From: Thermoanaerobaculia bacterium | Lineage (GTDB): Bacteria; Acidobacteriota; Thermoanaerobaculia; Multivoradales; UBA5704 | NCBI GenBank assembly: GCA_044226625.1 | Contig: JBGAGQ010000020.1 | Span: 1-64,000, forward strand | Reading direction: 5' to 3' | Length of the DNA stretch: 64,000 bases | Shown here: piece after piece, positions 46,128 to 56,061 of the stretch | How positions within the stretch are numbered: position 1 is the first letter of the stretch | Layout of the letters: each line of letters opens with the position of its first letter | Made by a program: the position numbers and the translations under genes | The notes under the pieces: generated by a model | The model's database searches: none | Told to the model about the DNA's origin: nothing | The model's input: the letters and a program-made list of their open reading frames with translations, nothing else

Positions 46128-47374
46128 CGCGGCCCGGCGGCGGTGATTGTGGGGGCGGCGGGGGCGGCCACGGAGGCCCGCTCCGACATCGCGCGAGAGA
46201 ACAAGTCGAGCAGGGCGGCGGCGACTCCCGCCTTGCCCTGGCGAGGAATCGCGACCGGCGCCCCCTCGCGAGAGAGGACGAGCACCTCGTTGTCGTCGCG
46301 GCCGAACGCGATGTCGGTGCGGCTCACGTCGTTGGCGACGATGAAGTGGACGTCCTTTTTCATCAGCTTCTTGCGGGCGTTCTCTTCCACGCGTTCGGTT
46401 TCCGCCGCGAATCCGACGCGGACGGCCTGCGGCGCGATGCGTCCCAAACCGGCGAGGATGTCCTCGGTGGGCTCGAGGTCGAAGGTGGGAAGCCCCCGTT
46501 CCTTCTTGATCTTCTGGTCCGCTGGGGCCTTCGGGCGGAAATCGGCGACCGCCGCCGCGAGAATTACCAGGTCGGCCGCAGGAGCGGTTCGGGCGACCGC
46601 CGCGGCCATCTCCGCCGCGGTCTCGACGTCGATCCGCTCCACTCCCGCCGGGGTGGCGAGCGCCACCGGTCCGGCGACGAGGATCGTGCGCGCCCCGCGA
46701 CGGGCCGCCTCGGCGGCCAGGGCGAAGCCCATCTTGCCGCTCGAACGATTACCCAGGAAACGGACCGGATCGACCGGCTCGAACGTCGGGCCCGCGCTCA
46801 CCAGGATGGTCTGGCCGAACAGGGGCCCCGGCCCGCTCGCGGCGAGCGCTTCGGCCGCGATCCGTTCCGGCTCGGCCATACGGCCCATGCCGATCTCGCC
46901 CGAGGCGAGCGGCCCTTCGACGGGTCCGACGAGACGGGCGCCGCGCGCCTTCAACGTCTCGACATGCAGCTGGAGGGCGGGCTTGCGCCACATCTCGAAA
47001 TGCATCGCCGGCGCGAGGACCAGGGGTCCGGAAAACGCGACCGCCGTGGTGGTGAGAAAATCGTCGGCAAGGCCCAGCGCCAGCCGTGCCAGCACGTGGG
47101 CGGTCGCCGGAGCGATCAAGAGGACGTCGGCCCAGGCGGCGGCGGTGATGTGCAGCTCCTCGCCCGAGCCGTTCGGCTCGAGGTACTCCTCGCCGTAGAC
47201 CGGGCCACCCGAGAGGACTTCGAGCGTCAGCGGCGAGACGAACGACCGGGCGCTCGCGGTGAGCGCCACGCGCACCTCGGCGCCCGCCCCCTTCAAGCGG
47301 CGGACGATCTCGGCGGCTTTGTAGGCGGCGATCCCCCCGGTGACCCCCAGCAGCACGCGCGGAGGGCGGCTCAA
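46124..47374 (-). CDS. coaBC: Phosphopantothenoylcysteine decarboxylase / phosphopantothenate-cysteine ligase
   Basis: GVTGGIAAYK, APATA, PAM, AGPTFEPVDPVRFLGNRSSGKMG, AAVADF, GFAAET. Confidence 0.96.
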   Translation of the reverse strand: MSRPPRVLLGVTGGIAAYKAAEIVRRLKGAGAEVRVALTASARSFVSPLTLEVLSGGPVYGEEYLEPNGSGEELHITAAAWADVLLIAPATAHVLARLALGLADDFLTTTAVAFSGPLVLAPAMHFEMWRKPALQLHVETLKARGARLVGPVEGPLASGEIGMGRMAEPERIAAEALAASGPGPLFGQTILVSAGPTFEPVDPVRFLGNRSSGKMGFALAAEAARRGARTILVAGPVALATPAGVERIDVETAAEMAAAVARTAPAADLVILAAAVADFRPKAPADQKIKKERGLPTFDLEPTEDILAGLGRIAPQAVRVGFAAETERVEENARKKLMKKDVHFIVANDVSRTDIAFGRDDNEVLVLSREGAPVAIPRQGKAGVAAALLDLFSRAMSERASVAAPAAPTITAAGPR

Positions 47375-47414
47375 TTCCTGGCTCCTGTCCCCATCGCCGG
47401 ACCGCTACGCGACG

Positions 47415-47636
47415 TCAGTTCGAATCCGTCTCTGCCGCTTCTTCGGCCGCGGGCTCGACCGGCGCGGGACCGATCCCCCACGCGACGAGGTCGCCGTCGA
47501 TCTCGCCCATCGCCACCCGGGTCGGCTTGCCCCCCTGCGAGGCGTCGTTCTTCGGCCGGGCGCCGCGCATCAGGTACTCGGCGCGGCGGGCGGCGACCAG
47601 GACGTAACGAAATTTGCTGTCGATGTTCGTGGCCAT
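47415..47636 (-). CDS. rpoZ: RNA polymerase omega subunit
   Basis: MATNIDSKFRYVLVAARRAEYLMRGA..KPTRVAMGEI; lies between gmk and coaBC. Confidence 0.92.
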   Translation of the reverse strand: MATNIDSKFRYVLVAARRAEYLMRGARPKNDASQGGKPTRVAMGEIDGDLVAWGIGPAPVEPAAEEAAETDSN

Positions 47637-47724
47637 GTCGATCTCTTCCCGATCTTTGGAGTTCAGAGCTTGAGCCCGGAGCCTGGACGGCGCGCGCCGA
47701 AGCGGCTCTACCGGGCGACGCGGC

Positions 47725-48378
47725 TCACGACGCGCCCCGCTCTTGGAAGTCTTTGAGGATGCCCTGGAGCCGACTCTCCATCCGCTCGCGACGGTGACGC
47801 TTCTCGAGGAGGATCGCGGCGAGCGCTTCGCTCGCCCGGCGGGCGTCATCGTTGACGATAACATATCGATACCGATCGTAACGGCGGATCTCCCAGAGGG
47901 AGACGGCGAGGCGGCGGGCGATCGCGTCCGCGTCGTCGAGGGCACGGCCGGCGAGGCGCCGCTCGAGATCGGCGTAGCTCGGCGGCATGATGAAGATGCT
48001 GTGCGCCTCCGGGTACCGGGCGAGGACGCGCTCGGCGCCCTGAACGTCGATGTCCATGAGCACGTCGATCCCCTGCTCCAACCGGGGGAAGACCTCCGCC
48101 ATCGAGGTGCCGTAATAGTTGTTGTGGACCTCGGCCCACTCGAGGAATTCCTCGGCGACGATCATCCCCTGGAACGTCGCGACGTCGATGAAGTGATAGT
48201 CGACGCCGTCACGCTCCCCCTGCCGCGCGCCGCGCGTCGTGTGGCTCACCGAGAACGCGATCTCGGACAGCCCGAGCATGCCGCCGTGCAGCAGGCTGTT
48301 GATGAGCGTCGTCTTGCCCGCCCCGGAAGGGGCCGACAGGATGAACAGCTCGCCGCGGTGGGGGGGATTTTGGCTCAA
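47725..48378 (-). CDS. gmk: Guanylate kinase
   Basis: SAPSGAGKTT, SVSHTTR..GERDGVDYHF, YYGT, DIDVQGA. Confidence 0.96.
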   Translation of the reverse strand: MSQNPPHRGELFILSAPSGAGKTTLINSLLHGGMLGLSEIAFSVSHTTRGARQGERDGVDYHFIDVATFQGMIVAEEFLEWAEVHNNYYGTSMAEVFPRLEQGIDVLMDIDVQGAERVLARYPEAHSIFIMPPSYADLERRLAGRALDDADAIARRLAVSLWEIRRYDRYRYVIVNDDARRASEALAAILLEKRHRRERMESRLQGILKDFQERGAS

Positions 48379-48441
48379 GCCTGGATCGAAGGCACGGAAA
48401 TGAACGACCGATGCTACCAGAACCCGGACCTCCGTTTCGCG

Positions 48442-49323
48442 TCATTCGACGTTCTGGACCTGTTCCCGGATCTGCTCGCAGACGACCTTGGCGTCGAGGA
48501 CGATCCGAACCACCTCCGGATGCCGGCACTTGGATCCCAACGTGTTCAACTCGCGGAAGATCTCCTGGGTGAGGAAGTCGAGGCGCTTGCCGACCGCGTC
48601 TTCGTCGTCGGCGAGCGTCCGGAAGTGCTCGAAATGGGCCTTTAGGCGGTCGATCTCCTCGGAGACGTCGCTCCGGTCCGCGAGGATCGCCGCCTCCTGC
48701 GCGAGCCGGGCGGGGTCGAGGGCGGCCGCCCCGGCGAGCAGCTCGGTAAGCCGCCGGTCGAGCGCGGCCTTTGCTTCGGCGAGCACGGGGCCGCGGAGCG
48801 CGTCGATCCGCGCCACCTGATCGGACAGCTCGCCGAGCCGGCCCACCAGCACCGCTCGCAGCTTTCCCCCTTCGAGGCCCCGCGCGGCGACCAGCTGCGC
48901 GAGCGCCCCCTGGGTCGTCGCGCGCAAGAGATCGCGATCCTCGTCGAGCCAGTCGCTCGCGGCGACCTCGACCTTGAACGCCTCGGGAAGGCGGAGGAGG
49001 TCGCCCGCCGCCAGCTCGCCGCTCACCCAACCGCGCGCCGCCAGGTCGCGCACCGCCGCCTGCGCCGTCTCGATGACGGCCGGGTTGATCCGCACCTCGG
49101 CCGGGCGGGCACCGAGGGCCCGGATGTCGATCCGCAGCTCGACCCGGCCGCGCTTGAGCTTCGATGCCAGGAGCTCGCGCACCTCCGGCTCGACCGAGCG
49201 GTACGCCTCGTCGAGCCGCACCTGCACGTCGAGCATCTTGTGGTTGACGCTCCGTAGCGTCGCGGTGATCGCGTAGCGCGAGCTCTCCGCCGTCGCCTGG
49301 CCCGATCCGGTCATGCTGCGCAT
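48442..49323 (-). CDS. yicC: YicC/YloC family endoribonuclease
   Basis: MRSMTG, RSVNHK, DVSEEIDRL, GKRLDFLTQEIFRELNTLGSK, EQIREQVQNVE. Confidence 0.95.
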   Translation of the reverse strand: MRSMTGSGQATAESSRYAITATLRSVNHKMLDVQVRLDEAYRSVEPEVRELLASKLKRGRVELRIDIRALGARPAEVRINPAVIETAQAAVRDLAARGWVSGELAAGDLLRLPEAFKVEVAASDWLDEDRDLLRATTQGALAQLVAARGLEGGKLRAVLVGRLGELSDQVARIDALRGPVLAEAKAALDRRLTELLAGAAALDPARLAQEAAILADRSDVSEEIDRLKAHFEHFRTLADDEDAVGKRLDFLTQEIFRELNTLGSKCRHPEVVRIVLDAKVVCEQIREQVQNVE

Positions 49324-49494
49324 CGCACGGCTCTCCCTCGGAAAGGTCGGTAGTGTACCGGGAAGACGTACGGGCGGTCGCTGAAGGCCTTTGACGGTTG
49401 TCGCCGGGGATGACCGATCGCGCGGAGCGGTTGCAAGAGGTGCGCGAATTCTCTAGCCTCAGGCGGAGTTCCCCACTCTCCGGGAGGTCCCGCT

Positions 49495-51132
49495 ATGCGT
49501 CGTTCCGTCTCCCTCGTTTTACTCGCCGCCCTGGCAGTGCTTTCCGGCTGCATGAAAAAAATGGAGACGGGGGAACAAAGGGAGAGCGCCCCGGCTTCAC
49601 GGCTTGAGATCCGCCTGCCCGAACAGGGGTTCGTCGCCGGCCAAGCGGGGCAGATCGAGATCCGTTTGATCGACGATCAGGGGTTCCCCGCGCCGACGCC
49701 GCAGGCGGTGACGCTGGAGCTCGCGAGCGGCGCCGGCCTCGGTCTCCCCTCGTCGGTGGAGATCTCCGCCGGCGGCGCGGGAGTGGACATCGCCGCCAAC
49801 CCTTCCGCCGCGGGGCTGTTCGACGTCGAGGTGCGGGCGAAGAACGCGCCGCTCGAGCCGGCCTACGCCACGGCCGCGACGCTCGAAGCGCCGAAGCCGA
49901 CCCTGATCCCCACGACCTCCGTGGAAAAGATCGCGGCTCCCGTCGGCGCCCCTCCCCTTGCGGGCGCGCTGGTGCTCAAGGAACTGAGCCTGGACGAGAT
50001 CCAGGCGCGCCCCGAGGGCCGCTGGGCGAAGATCTTGCGGACGACCGGACCGATTCCCCACGTCGCGGTGGAAACGAGGGACCAGGAGGTCGAGGACCAC
50101 GGCTCGGACACCTCGAGCACGCCGTCGCCGCCCCCTTCGCCTCCGCCAGGGATCCCGCAAGATCAGCCGCCGGTCGCGCCTCCGATCGCGACCGAGGCCG
50201 GCCAGATCGTCCTCAAGGCCTCGCCCGCCGAGGTGGTCTGCGGCCCGGGCGGCTGGCGGCCGGCGCGCATCGACGCGTTCTGGATGGTCGGCAAGAAGCC
50301 CGCGAAGACCCCCGAGGCGATCGCGATCAGCCTTACTTCGCGCGGCCGCGGAGGCTCGGTCGATCCGAACGCGCTCACGATTCCGGCCAACGGTTTCCAG
50401 AGTGCCGCGCCCGCCGCGGTCCAGGGGGAGGCCGCCGGACGGATCGAGATCGAGGCGCTCGCCGCGGGGGTAGAGCCGGCCGCGCCGATCGGCGTCGACA
50501 TCGTCGCCGACCCGGGCCGCCTCGACGTCCAGGGTGACCGGACGGTGCGCGGTCTCGCGGTCGCCCATCCGAGCGTCACCTTGCAATTGGTCGATCCGAA
50601 GCGACCCGATCTCGCCCTGCCGGTCTCTCGGGCCATTCCGGTACTGCTCCGGGTGAGCGGTCCGGTACCGACCCCGTTGAAGACGGTGACCATCGACCCC
50701 GCGACCGGCACCGGTTCGACGACCCTCGACCTCGAGCGCCACGGGGTGTACCAGATCACCGCAAGCTCGGCCTGCATCGCCCCGGGGAGCCTGAAAGTCA
50801 CCTATGCGCTCGACTGGGCGATGATCGCCGTGGCGGCGGGGGCGGGCCTGCTCGGCAGCCTGCTCGCGCACCGCCCGCGACGAGGTACGACCACTACTCT
50901 CGAGAAGGTCGCGCGTCTGGCGCTCGGCGCGGGGGTCGCGGCGTTGCTCGCCGTGCTGCTCGCGAGCTTCGGCCTGCTCGCCTTGCTCGAAAAGCTGCTG
51001 CCGGAGGGAGGGCTCTGGGAGTCGCTCCAGAAGCTGCCGGCCGCGAGCCTCACGGGCACCGCGCTCACCGGGTTCTTCGCCGGATTCCTGAGCGAGAAGA
51101 TCTGGGCCGCCCTGCGCAAGACGAAGAAGTAG
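49495..51132 (+). CDS. Lipoprotein with Ig-like beta domains and C-terminal TM helices
   Basis: Lipobox LSG-C after a hydrophobic signal; beta-rich repeats; Pro-rich linker; three C-terminal hydrophobic segments; GGAGG RBS. Confidence 0.75.
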   Translation: MRRSVSLVLLAALAVLSGCMKKMETGEQRESAPASRLEIRLPEQGFVAGQAGQIEIRLIDDQGFPAPTPQAVTLELASGAGLGLPSSVEISAGGAGVDIAANPSAAGLFDVEVRAKNAPLEPAYATAATLEAPKPTLIPTTSVEKIAAPVGAPPLAGALVLKELSLDEIQARPEGRWAKILRTTGPIPHVAVETRDQEVEDHGSDTSSTPSPPPSPPPGIPQDQPPVAPPIATEAGQIVLKASPAEVVCGPGGWRPARIDAFWMVGKKPAKTPEAIAISLTSRGRGGSVDPNALTIPANGFQSAAPAAVQGEAAGRIEIEALAAGVEPAAPIGVDIVADPGRLDVQGDRTVRGLAVAHPSVTLQLVDPKRPDLALPVSRAIPVLLRVSGPVPTPLKTVTIDPATGTGSTTLDLERHGVYQITASSACIAPGSLKVTYALDWAMIAVAAGAGLLGSLLAHRPRRGTTTTLEKVARLALGAGVAALLAVLLASFGLLALLEKLLPEGGLWESLQKLPAASLTGTALTGFFAGFLSEKIWAALRKTKK

Positions 51133-51159
51133 CAGGAGGCCCCTCCGGGCCGGGAAATC

Positions 51160-52473
51160 CTACGAGGCTTGAGGGGCCGGGGCGTTCGCCCCGTTCCCCA
51201 CCACGCCTTTCTCGACCAGCGACCAGCGCTCCCGGCGCGGCTGGAAGGGGTACCTTCGCTGCGCGAAGCAGAAGAGGTCGAACAGCTTGAGCCGCCAGCG
51301 GATCGCGAACGCCGGGCGCGGGAAGACCTCCCCGGCGAGCAGCGAGATGATCGCGCGATGGATCTGAAGCGGCCCCTGGCCGGACATGAACAGATCGCGG
51401 AACGCCGGGTCGTAGAACAGGTGGACCATGCGGAAGAACGCCGAGGAGCTTCCCGTGACGTAGCGGATGTAGCGCTTCCGCGCCGCTTTGGGATTCTTCT
51501 CGCCTCCCGAGAGTAGCCCGGCGACCTCTTCCGCCGCGCGCACCGCGCTCATCATGGCGAGGCAGACCCCGGTCGAGAAGATCGGGTCGACGAACGTCGC
51601 GGCGTCTCCGACCAGGAAGTAGCCCGGTCCCGCGTACGGCTCGCAGCGGTAGGAGAAATCGGCGATCACCCCGTTGTTCCCCGAAAACTCCGCCTTCTCG
51701 GTCCAGCGGGCGACCAGCGGACAGCGCTCGATGCCCCAGGCGAGCATGCGGTCGGCCGGGACGTTCACCTTCCGCGCGCGGTAGTCGTCGAGCACCAGAC
51801 CGATCGACGTCCGCTCCTCGTCGAGAGGGATGAGCCAGAACCATCCCTCCTCGCACATCACGATCCGGATGTAGCCCCCTTCGACCCCCGGCGCCCGTTC
51901 GACGTTCTTGAAGTGCCCGAAATAGGCGACTTTCTTCAGGTGCGGCAGCACTCGGCGGATTCCGAGATGCTTGCCGACGATCGTCGACTGGCCCGACGCG
52001 TCGATCAGCCAACGCCCCTCGACCGTACGATCGTCCGAGAGCTCGATCGCGACGTCCCCGTCGTTCAATCGAGGAAACCCGCGCACGGCGACCCCCTCGA
52101 TCACCTCCGCCCCCGCCTCGCGCGCGGCCTCGAGCAGTGCGGCGTCGAACGGGCCGCGCTCCAGGTTCATCGCCCGGTCCGAGCCCGGAACGATGCCGTC
52201 GGCGAACCGGATCGAGCCACCGTCCTTGCCGTGGCCGGTGACGAAATCGGCGCCGAATTTCGGCACCTGCGGCAGCTTCGCCAGCCGCTCCGAGAGCCCG
52301 AGGTCGTGGATCAGTTGGAAATTGCGCGGCAGAAGCGATTCGCCGATGTGGAAATGCGGGAACTTCGCGCGGTCGACCAGCAGCACGCGAAGCCCCTTCC
52401 GCGCGAGGGCGAGGGCGGCGGTCGAGCCGGCCGGGCCGGCACCGAGGATCAGGGCGTCGTAGCGATTGGGCAT
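51160..52473 (-). CDS. Flavin-dependent halogenase-like NAD(P)/FAD oxidoreductase
   Basis: GAGPAG, FHIGESL, candidate catalytic Lys in VPKFG, WFWLIP, GDAATFVDPIFSTGV. Confidence 0.87.
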   Translation of the reverse strand: MPNRYDALILGAGPAGSTAALALARKGLRVLLVDRAKFPHFHIGESLLPRNFQLIHDLGLSERLAKLPQVPKFGADFVTGHGKDGGSIRFADGIVPGSDRAMNLERGPFDAALLEAAREAGAEVIEGVAVRGFPRLNDGDVAIELSDDRTVEGRWLIDASGQSTIVGKHLGIRRVLPHLKKVAYFGHFKNVERAPGVEGGYIRIVMCEEGWFWLIPLDEERTSIGLVLDDYRARKVNVPADRMLAWGIERCPLVARWTEKAEFSGNNGVIADFSYRCEPYAGPGYFLVGDAATFVDPIFSTGVCLAMMSAVRAAEEVAGLLSGGEKNPKAARKRYIRYVTGSSSAFFRMVHLFYDPAFRDLFMSGQGPLQIHRAIISLLAGEVFPRPAFAIRWRLKLFDLFCFAQRRYPFQPRRERWSLVEKGVVGNGANAPAPQAS

Positions 52474-52598
52474 CGAGGACCTCTTCCTGCCAAGTGTTTC
52501 GGATCGGACGCAGGAGCGTCAAATCTCGCCGCGGCTCCATGAACGGCGATCTCGGTAGACGGCGGCGCGACCCGGAGCGTACTTGCAGGAGTTAACTC

Positions 52599-55094
52599 TT
52601 GGAGATTCGCGACGTGCCCATCGCCTCGCCATGGCCCCTGGCTCTGTATCTGCTCGCCGCCGCGGCGATCGCGGCGGGGGCGATGCGCCTCCGCCTCGGC
52701 CTCCTGCGGCGCGACGCGGCGATCCTGATCCTCGTTCCGCTCGTCTTCGTCGGGCCCGCGCTGATTTCGGGCCGCACCCTCCATCCGGTCGATCGAGCCT
52801 ACCGGGTCCAGCCGCTCGACGCCCATCGCGAGCTGCTCGCCGGACGGCCGTCTTCGGCCGCGATCTTCCACGATCCGTTCGCCTTGATCGCCCCCTGGCG
52901 CGCTGCCGTGCGCCACGCCTTCGCGATGGGCGAATGGCCGCTGTGGAATCCCTGGTCGCGGTCGGGCGAGCCGCTCGCGGGCATGGCGCAATCCGCGCCG
53001 TACGCCCCGGTGAACCTGCTCGCCCTCCTGGTTCCGCTCGAGGACGAGCCCGCGCTGGTCGGCGGGCTCCAGCTCGCGATCGCGGGCTTTGGAGCCTTCG
53101 TCGCGTTCGCGTCGTTCGGCCTTTCGCGCCGCGCGGCGCTGTGCGGCGCCGTCGCCTGGATGTCCTCGGGATTCCTGCTGTTCTGGAACCTCTGGCCGGT
53201 GACGCCGACAATCGCGTTCTTCCCCTGGGTGCTGTTCGCCGCCGTGCGCCTGGCCCGCGAGCCGAGCCGCGGCCACGCGGCGCTCCTCGCCTTTCTGCTC
53301 GCGCAGATCCTGCTCACCGGCCACTCGGAGTCGGTGGCCCACTCAGTCCTCATCGCCGCGGTCTCGGCCGCCTTCGCCCTCCCCTGGCGTGCGATCAAGT
53401 TTCTGCTGCGGGAAAGCCCTGGTGTCCGCTCGATTGTCCGCTCGATCGGCCGCTCGATCGGCCGCTCGATCGGCTGGGCGCTCGGCGCGGGGATCGTCGC
53501 CGCCGCGCTCACCGCGTTCTTCCTCCTTCCCCACTTGGAGGCGATCGACCAGACCATGGAGCTCGTGCTCCGTCGCGGCGCGGCAGACAAGGCGTTCCAC
53601 GCGCGGAGCTACGGCGAATCGGCGGCGCTCCTGCGCGCCGAGCTCGTCCCGTACGCGTGGGGAATCAGCAACGACGAGGTGGGGCGACACCCCGACCACG
53701 GCTTCGCGCTCTACGGCCCGAGCCGAACGTTTTCGGGCGGCCTGGTCGCGGCCCTCGCCTTCGCGGGTCTCGCCGGGCGCCGCCGACGGATCGTCGCCGC
53801 GGGCGCCGCGTACTACCTGTTCGGCCTCCTCGCTGGAATCGGTTTCCGACCGCTTCACGAGCTGCTCGCGCGGCTGCCGATCTTCGACATGGCGTTGAAC
53901 GACCGGCTCGCGTTCGTCGGCGCCTTCGGCCTCGCCCTGCTTGCGGCGGCGGCGATCGACGCCTGGGAATCGCCCGCCCCCGGCGGGTCGAAGATCCCGT
54001 GGCTTGCCGCCGGCGCGGCGCTCGGCCTCGCTCTGCTCGCCGCCTGGTTCTGGCAGGACGCCCTTCCGCTCGGGCTGGATGGCGCGAGGTACTTGTCGCG
54101 GACCGCTTGGCTCGTGGTTCCCGCGCTCCTCGGGGCCGCCCTACTCGCATTCTCGGCGCCGCGAGGAGGGTTCCGCGAAGGGGCGCTCCTTCTCCTCCTC
54201 CTCGCGCTGCTCGTCGAACGTAGAGCCGAGACCGATCACCTGTTCGTGCCGCAAGCGAGGGATGCGTTCTTTCCCAAGGTGGCGCCGCTCGACGCGGTTC
54301 CCGACACCGCGGAGCCGCAGCGGGTGCTGGCGCTCGACGTGGCGCTCCCTCCGAACACCTTCACCCACTACGGCTTCGAGGACCTGCGCGGCGACAACGC
54401 GATGACGCTCAACCGGCTGGCCCAGTTCCGCAACTATCGGAACGACCCCAAAGATCCTTCCTGGACGCTGATGCGCTTCAACCGCCTCGACGATCCGGTG
54501 GTCGACCTGCTGAACGCCCGCTATCTCCTGGTGCCGCGACCGAAGGTCGCTCCTCGCGGGTGCCGCCGGCTCGCCGCCGGCAAGAGCCTGGTCCTGTACG
54601 AGAACCGCCGTGCCCTGCCGCGCGCTTTCCTGCCGCGCCGGGTGGTCGTCGGCGCCGACCCGGTCGCTCTCATGGCGCGAACCGCGGCCAATGCGAACTT
54701 CCGGCAGCTCGCGACGATCGAGCCGATTGGATGGGCGCCGCGGCTCAAGGAGCGGCACAACACCCGCGGCCGGATCGCGACGAGGAAGAAAGGGCTCGGT
54801 TTGGAGATCGAGGCCCGCTTGGCGGCCCCCGGCTGGATCGTGGTGAGCGAAACGCACTGGTCCGGCTGGCGCGCCACGGCTCACGGCCGGGAGCTCCCGC
54901 TCGCCTACGCCGACCATGCCTTCCTAGGAATTTACGCCCCCGCCGGCCGCAGCCGGATCGACCTTCGCTACCGGCCGCGGTCGTTCGACTGGGGGCTCGG
55001 GATCAGCGCCGGAACCGCGCTCGGGCTCGCGCTGTTCGCCGGTATCTGGGGACTTCGGCGGCGCCGACGCTCCGCGGCGTGCTTGGAGCCTTGA
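52599..55094 (+). CDS. YfhO-family multi-TM GT-C glycosyltransferase-like protein
   Basis: GEWPLWNPWSRSGEPL, many TM helices, YENRRALPRAF, VSETHWSGW..LRYRPRSF C-terminus; start codon uncertain. Confidence 0.85.
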   Translation: MEIRDVPIASPWPLALYLLAAAAIAAGAMRLRLGLLRRDAAILILVPLVFVGPALISGRTLHPVDRAYRVQPLDAHRELLAGRPSSAAIFHDPFALIAPWRAAVRHAFAMGEWPLWNPWSRSGEPLAGMAQSAPYAPVNLLALLVPLEDEPALVGGLQLAIAGFGAFVAFASFGLSRRAALCGAVAWMSSGFLLFWNLWPVTPTIAFFPWVLFAAVRLAREPSRGHAALLAFLLAQILLTGHSESVAHSVLIAAVSAAFALPWRAIKFLLRESPGVRSIVRSIGRSIGRSIGWALGAGIVAAALTAFFLLPHLEAIDQTMELVLRRGAADKAFHARSYGESAALLRAELVPYAWGISNDEVGRHPDHGFALYGPSRTFSGGLVAALAFAGLAGRRRRIVAAGAAYYLFGLLAGIGFRPLHELLARLPIFDMALNDRLAFVGAFGLALLAAAAIDAWESPAPGGSKIPWLAAGAALGLALLAAWFWQDALPLGLDGARYLSRTAWLVVPALLGAALLAFSAPRGGFREGALLLLLLALLVERRAETDHLFVPQARDAFFPKVAPLDAVPDTAEPQRVLALDVALPPNTFTHYGFEDLRGDNAMTLNRLAQFRNYRNDPKDPSWTLMRFNRLDDPVVDLLNARYLLVPRPKVAPRGCRRLAAGKSLVLYENRRALPRAFLPRRVVVGADPVALMARTAANANFRQLATIEPIGWAPRLKERHNTRGRIATRKKGLGLEIEARLAAPGWIVVSETHWSGWRATAHGRELPLAYADHAFLGIYAPAGRSRIDLRYRPRSFDWGLGISAGTALGLALFAGIWGLRRRRRSAACLEP
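53424..53474 (+). repeat. In-frame 12-bp tandem repeat, four copies, encoding (V/G)RSI
   Basis: gtccgctcgatt gtccgctcgatc ggccgctcgatc ggccgctcgatc ggc. Confidence 0.85.
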
Positions 55095-55104
55095 CGGGCC
55101 ACAG

Positions 55105-55135
55105 ACGGCGAGCGGGGCGGCGCGCCGTTCGCCGT
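55105..55135. terminator. Hairpin between convergent genes (possible terminator)
   Basis: acggcgagcgg / ccgttcgccgt arms with one G-U pair; no strong U tract. Confidence 0.4.
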
Positions 55136-55212
55136 TCAATCGGCGAGGGCACGTCCGCCCCGTTGCCGCGGTGATCGGCGGGGAGCGCCGAGGAGCATCG
55201 GAGGGTGGAGAG

Positions 55213-55911
55213 CTAGCTCCGTCGGCTGCCGCCGCCGAGGACGCCGGCGCGGAAGAGGTAGTAGACGACCGTCATCAGCGACGACACCACCGCCGCGACG
55301 TAGGTCATCGCCGCGGCATTGAGCACGCGGTCCATCCCCTCGCGCTCCTGGGGCAGGATCAGGCCGTTGTCGACCGCGAGCTTCTTCGCTCGGGCCGAGG
55401 CGTCGAACTCGACGGGCAGGGTGACGATCTGGAACAGCAGCACGGCCGAGAAGATCACCGCGCCGAGGATCACGATCTTCGGCGAGTGGAAGACGAGGCC
55501 GGCGAACATTACCCAGTAGCCGACGCTCGAACCGAAGCCCGCCGTCGGGACCAGCGCCGAGCGGAGGCCGAGCGGGGCGTAATGGGTCGCGTGCTGGATC
55601 GCGTGGCCCGCCTCGTGACAGGCGACGCCCACCGCGGCGATCGAGCGCTGGCCGTAGACCGGCTCGGAAAGCGCCAGGGTCTTGGTCGACGGATCGTAAT
55701 GGTCCGAAAGGGTCCCGGCGTGGGGGACGATCTGGACGTCTGAGATACCCGCCGAGCGCAACATCTCGGCGGCCGCCTGAGCGCCGGTCAAGCCGCGCAG
55801 GCTCGCCACCTGCGAATACTTTTTGAACGCTGAGCGGGTCCTAAAGCTCGCCCAGAGGGACAACAGCAGCGCCGGTCCGACGAAGAGCAGATAGGTGGGA
55901 TCGAAAACCAT
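55213..55911 (-). CDS. Membrane zinc metallopeptidase (YugP family)
   Basis: LSDHYDP, ACHEAGHAIQH, TLPVEFDASARA, VLNAAAMTYVA; AAGGAGG RBS. Confidence 0.93.
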   Translation of the reverse strand: MVFDPTYLLFVGPALLLSLWASFRTRSAFKKYSQVASLRGLTGAQAAAEMLRSAGISDVQIVPHAGTLSDHYDPSTKTLALSEPVYGQRSIAAVGVACHEAGHAIQHATHYAPLGLRSALVPTAGFGSSVGYWVMFAGLVFHSPKIVILGAVIFSAVLLFQIVTLPVEFDASARAKKLAVDNGLILPQEREGMDRVLNAAAMTYVAAVVSSLMTVVYYLFRAGVLGGGSRRS

Positions 55912-56061
55912 GCCTTCCTCCTTCGCCCCAGTCTAACAACCGGCGGTGCGGCGACATTTCAGGGACCGGGGGAATCCGCGGGGGAATACGAAAATGGTCC
56001 CGAGCCCCAGGTGAGGGACTTCCACCCGACGGCCCGGTTTCCCACCGGAACGGGCACCGGC

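Noticed and set aside
45339-49323. yicC-gmk-rpoZ-coaBC-udg cluster
   Set aside because: A widely conserved housekeeping operon; nothing unusual seen.
55912-56061. Intergenic ggggaat direct repeat and hairpins upstream of the YugP-like gene
   Set aside because: Too short and degenerate to call an operator or RNA element from sequence alone.
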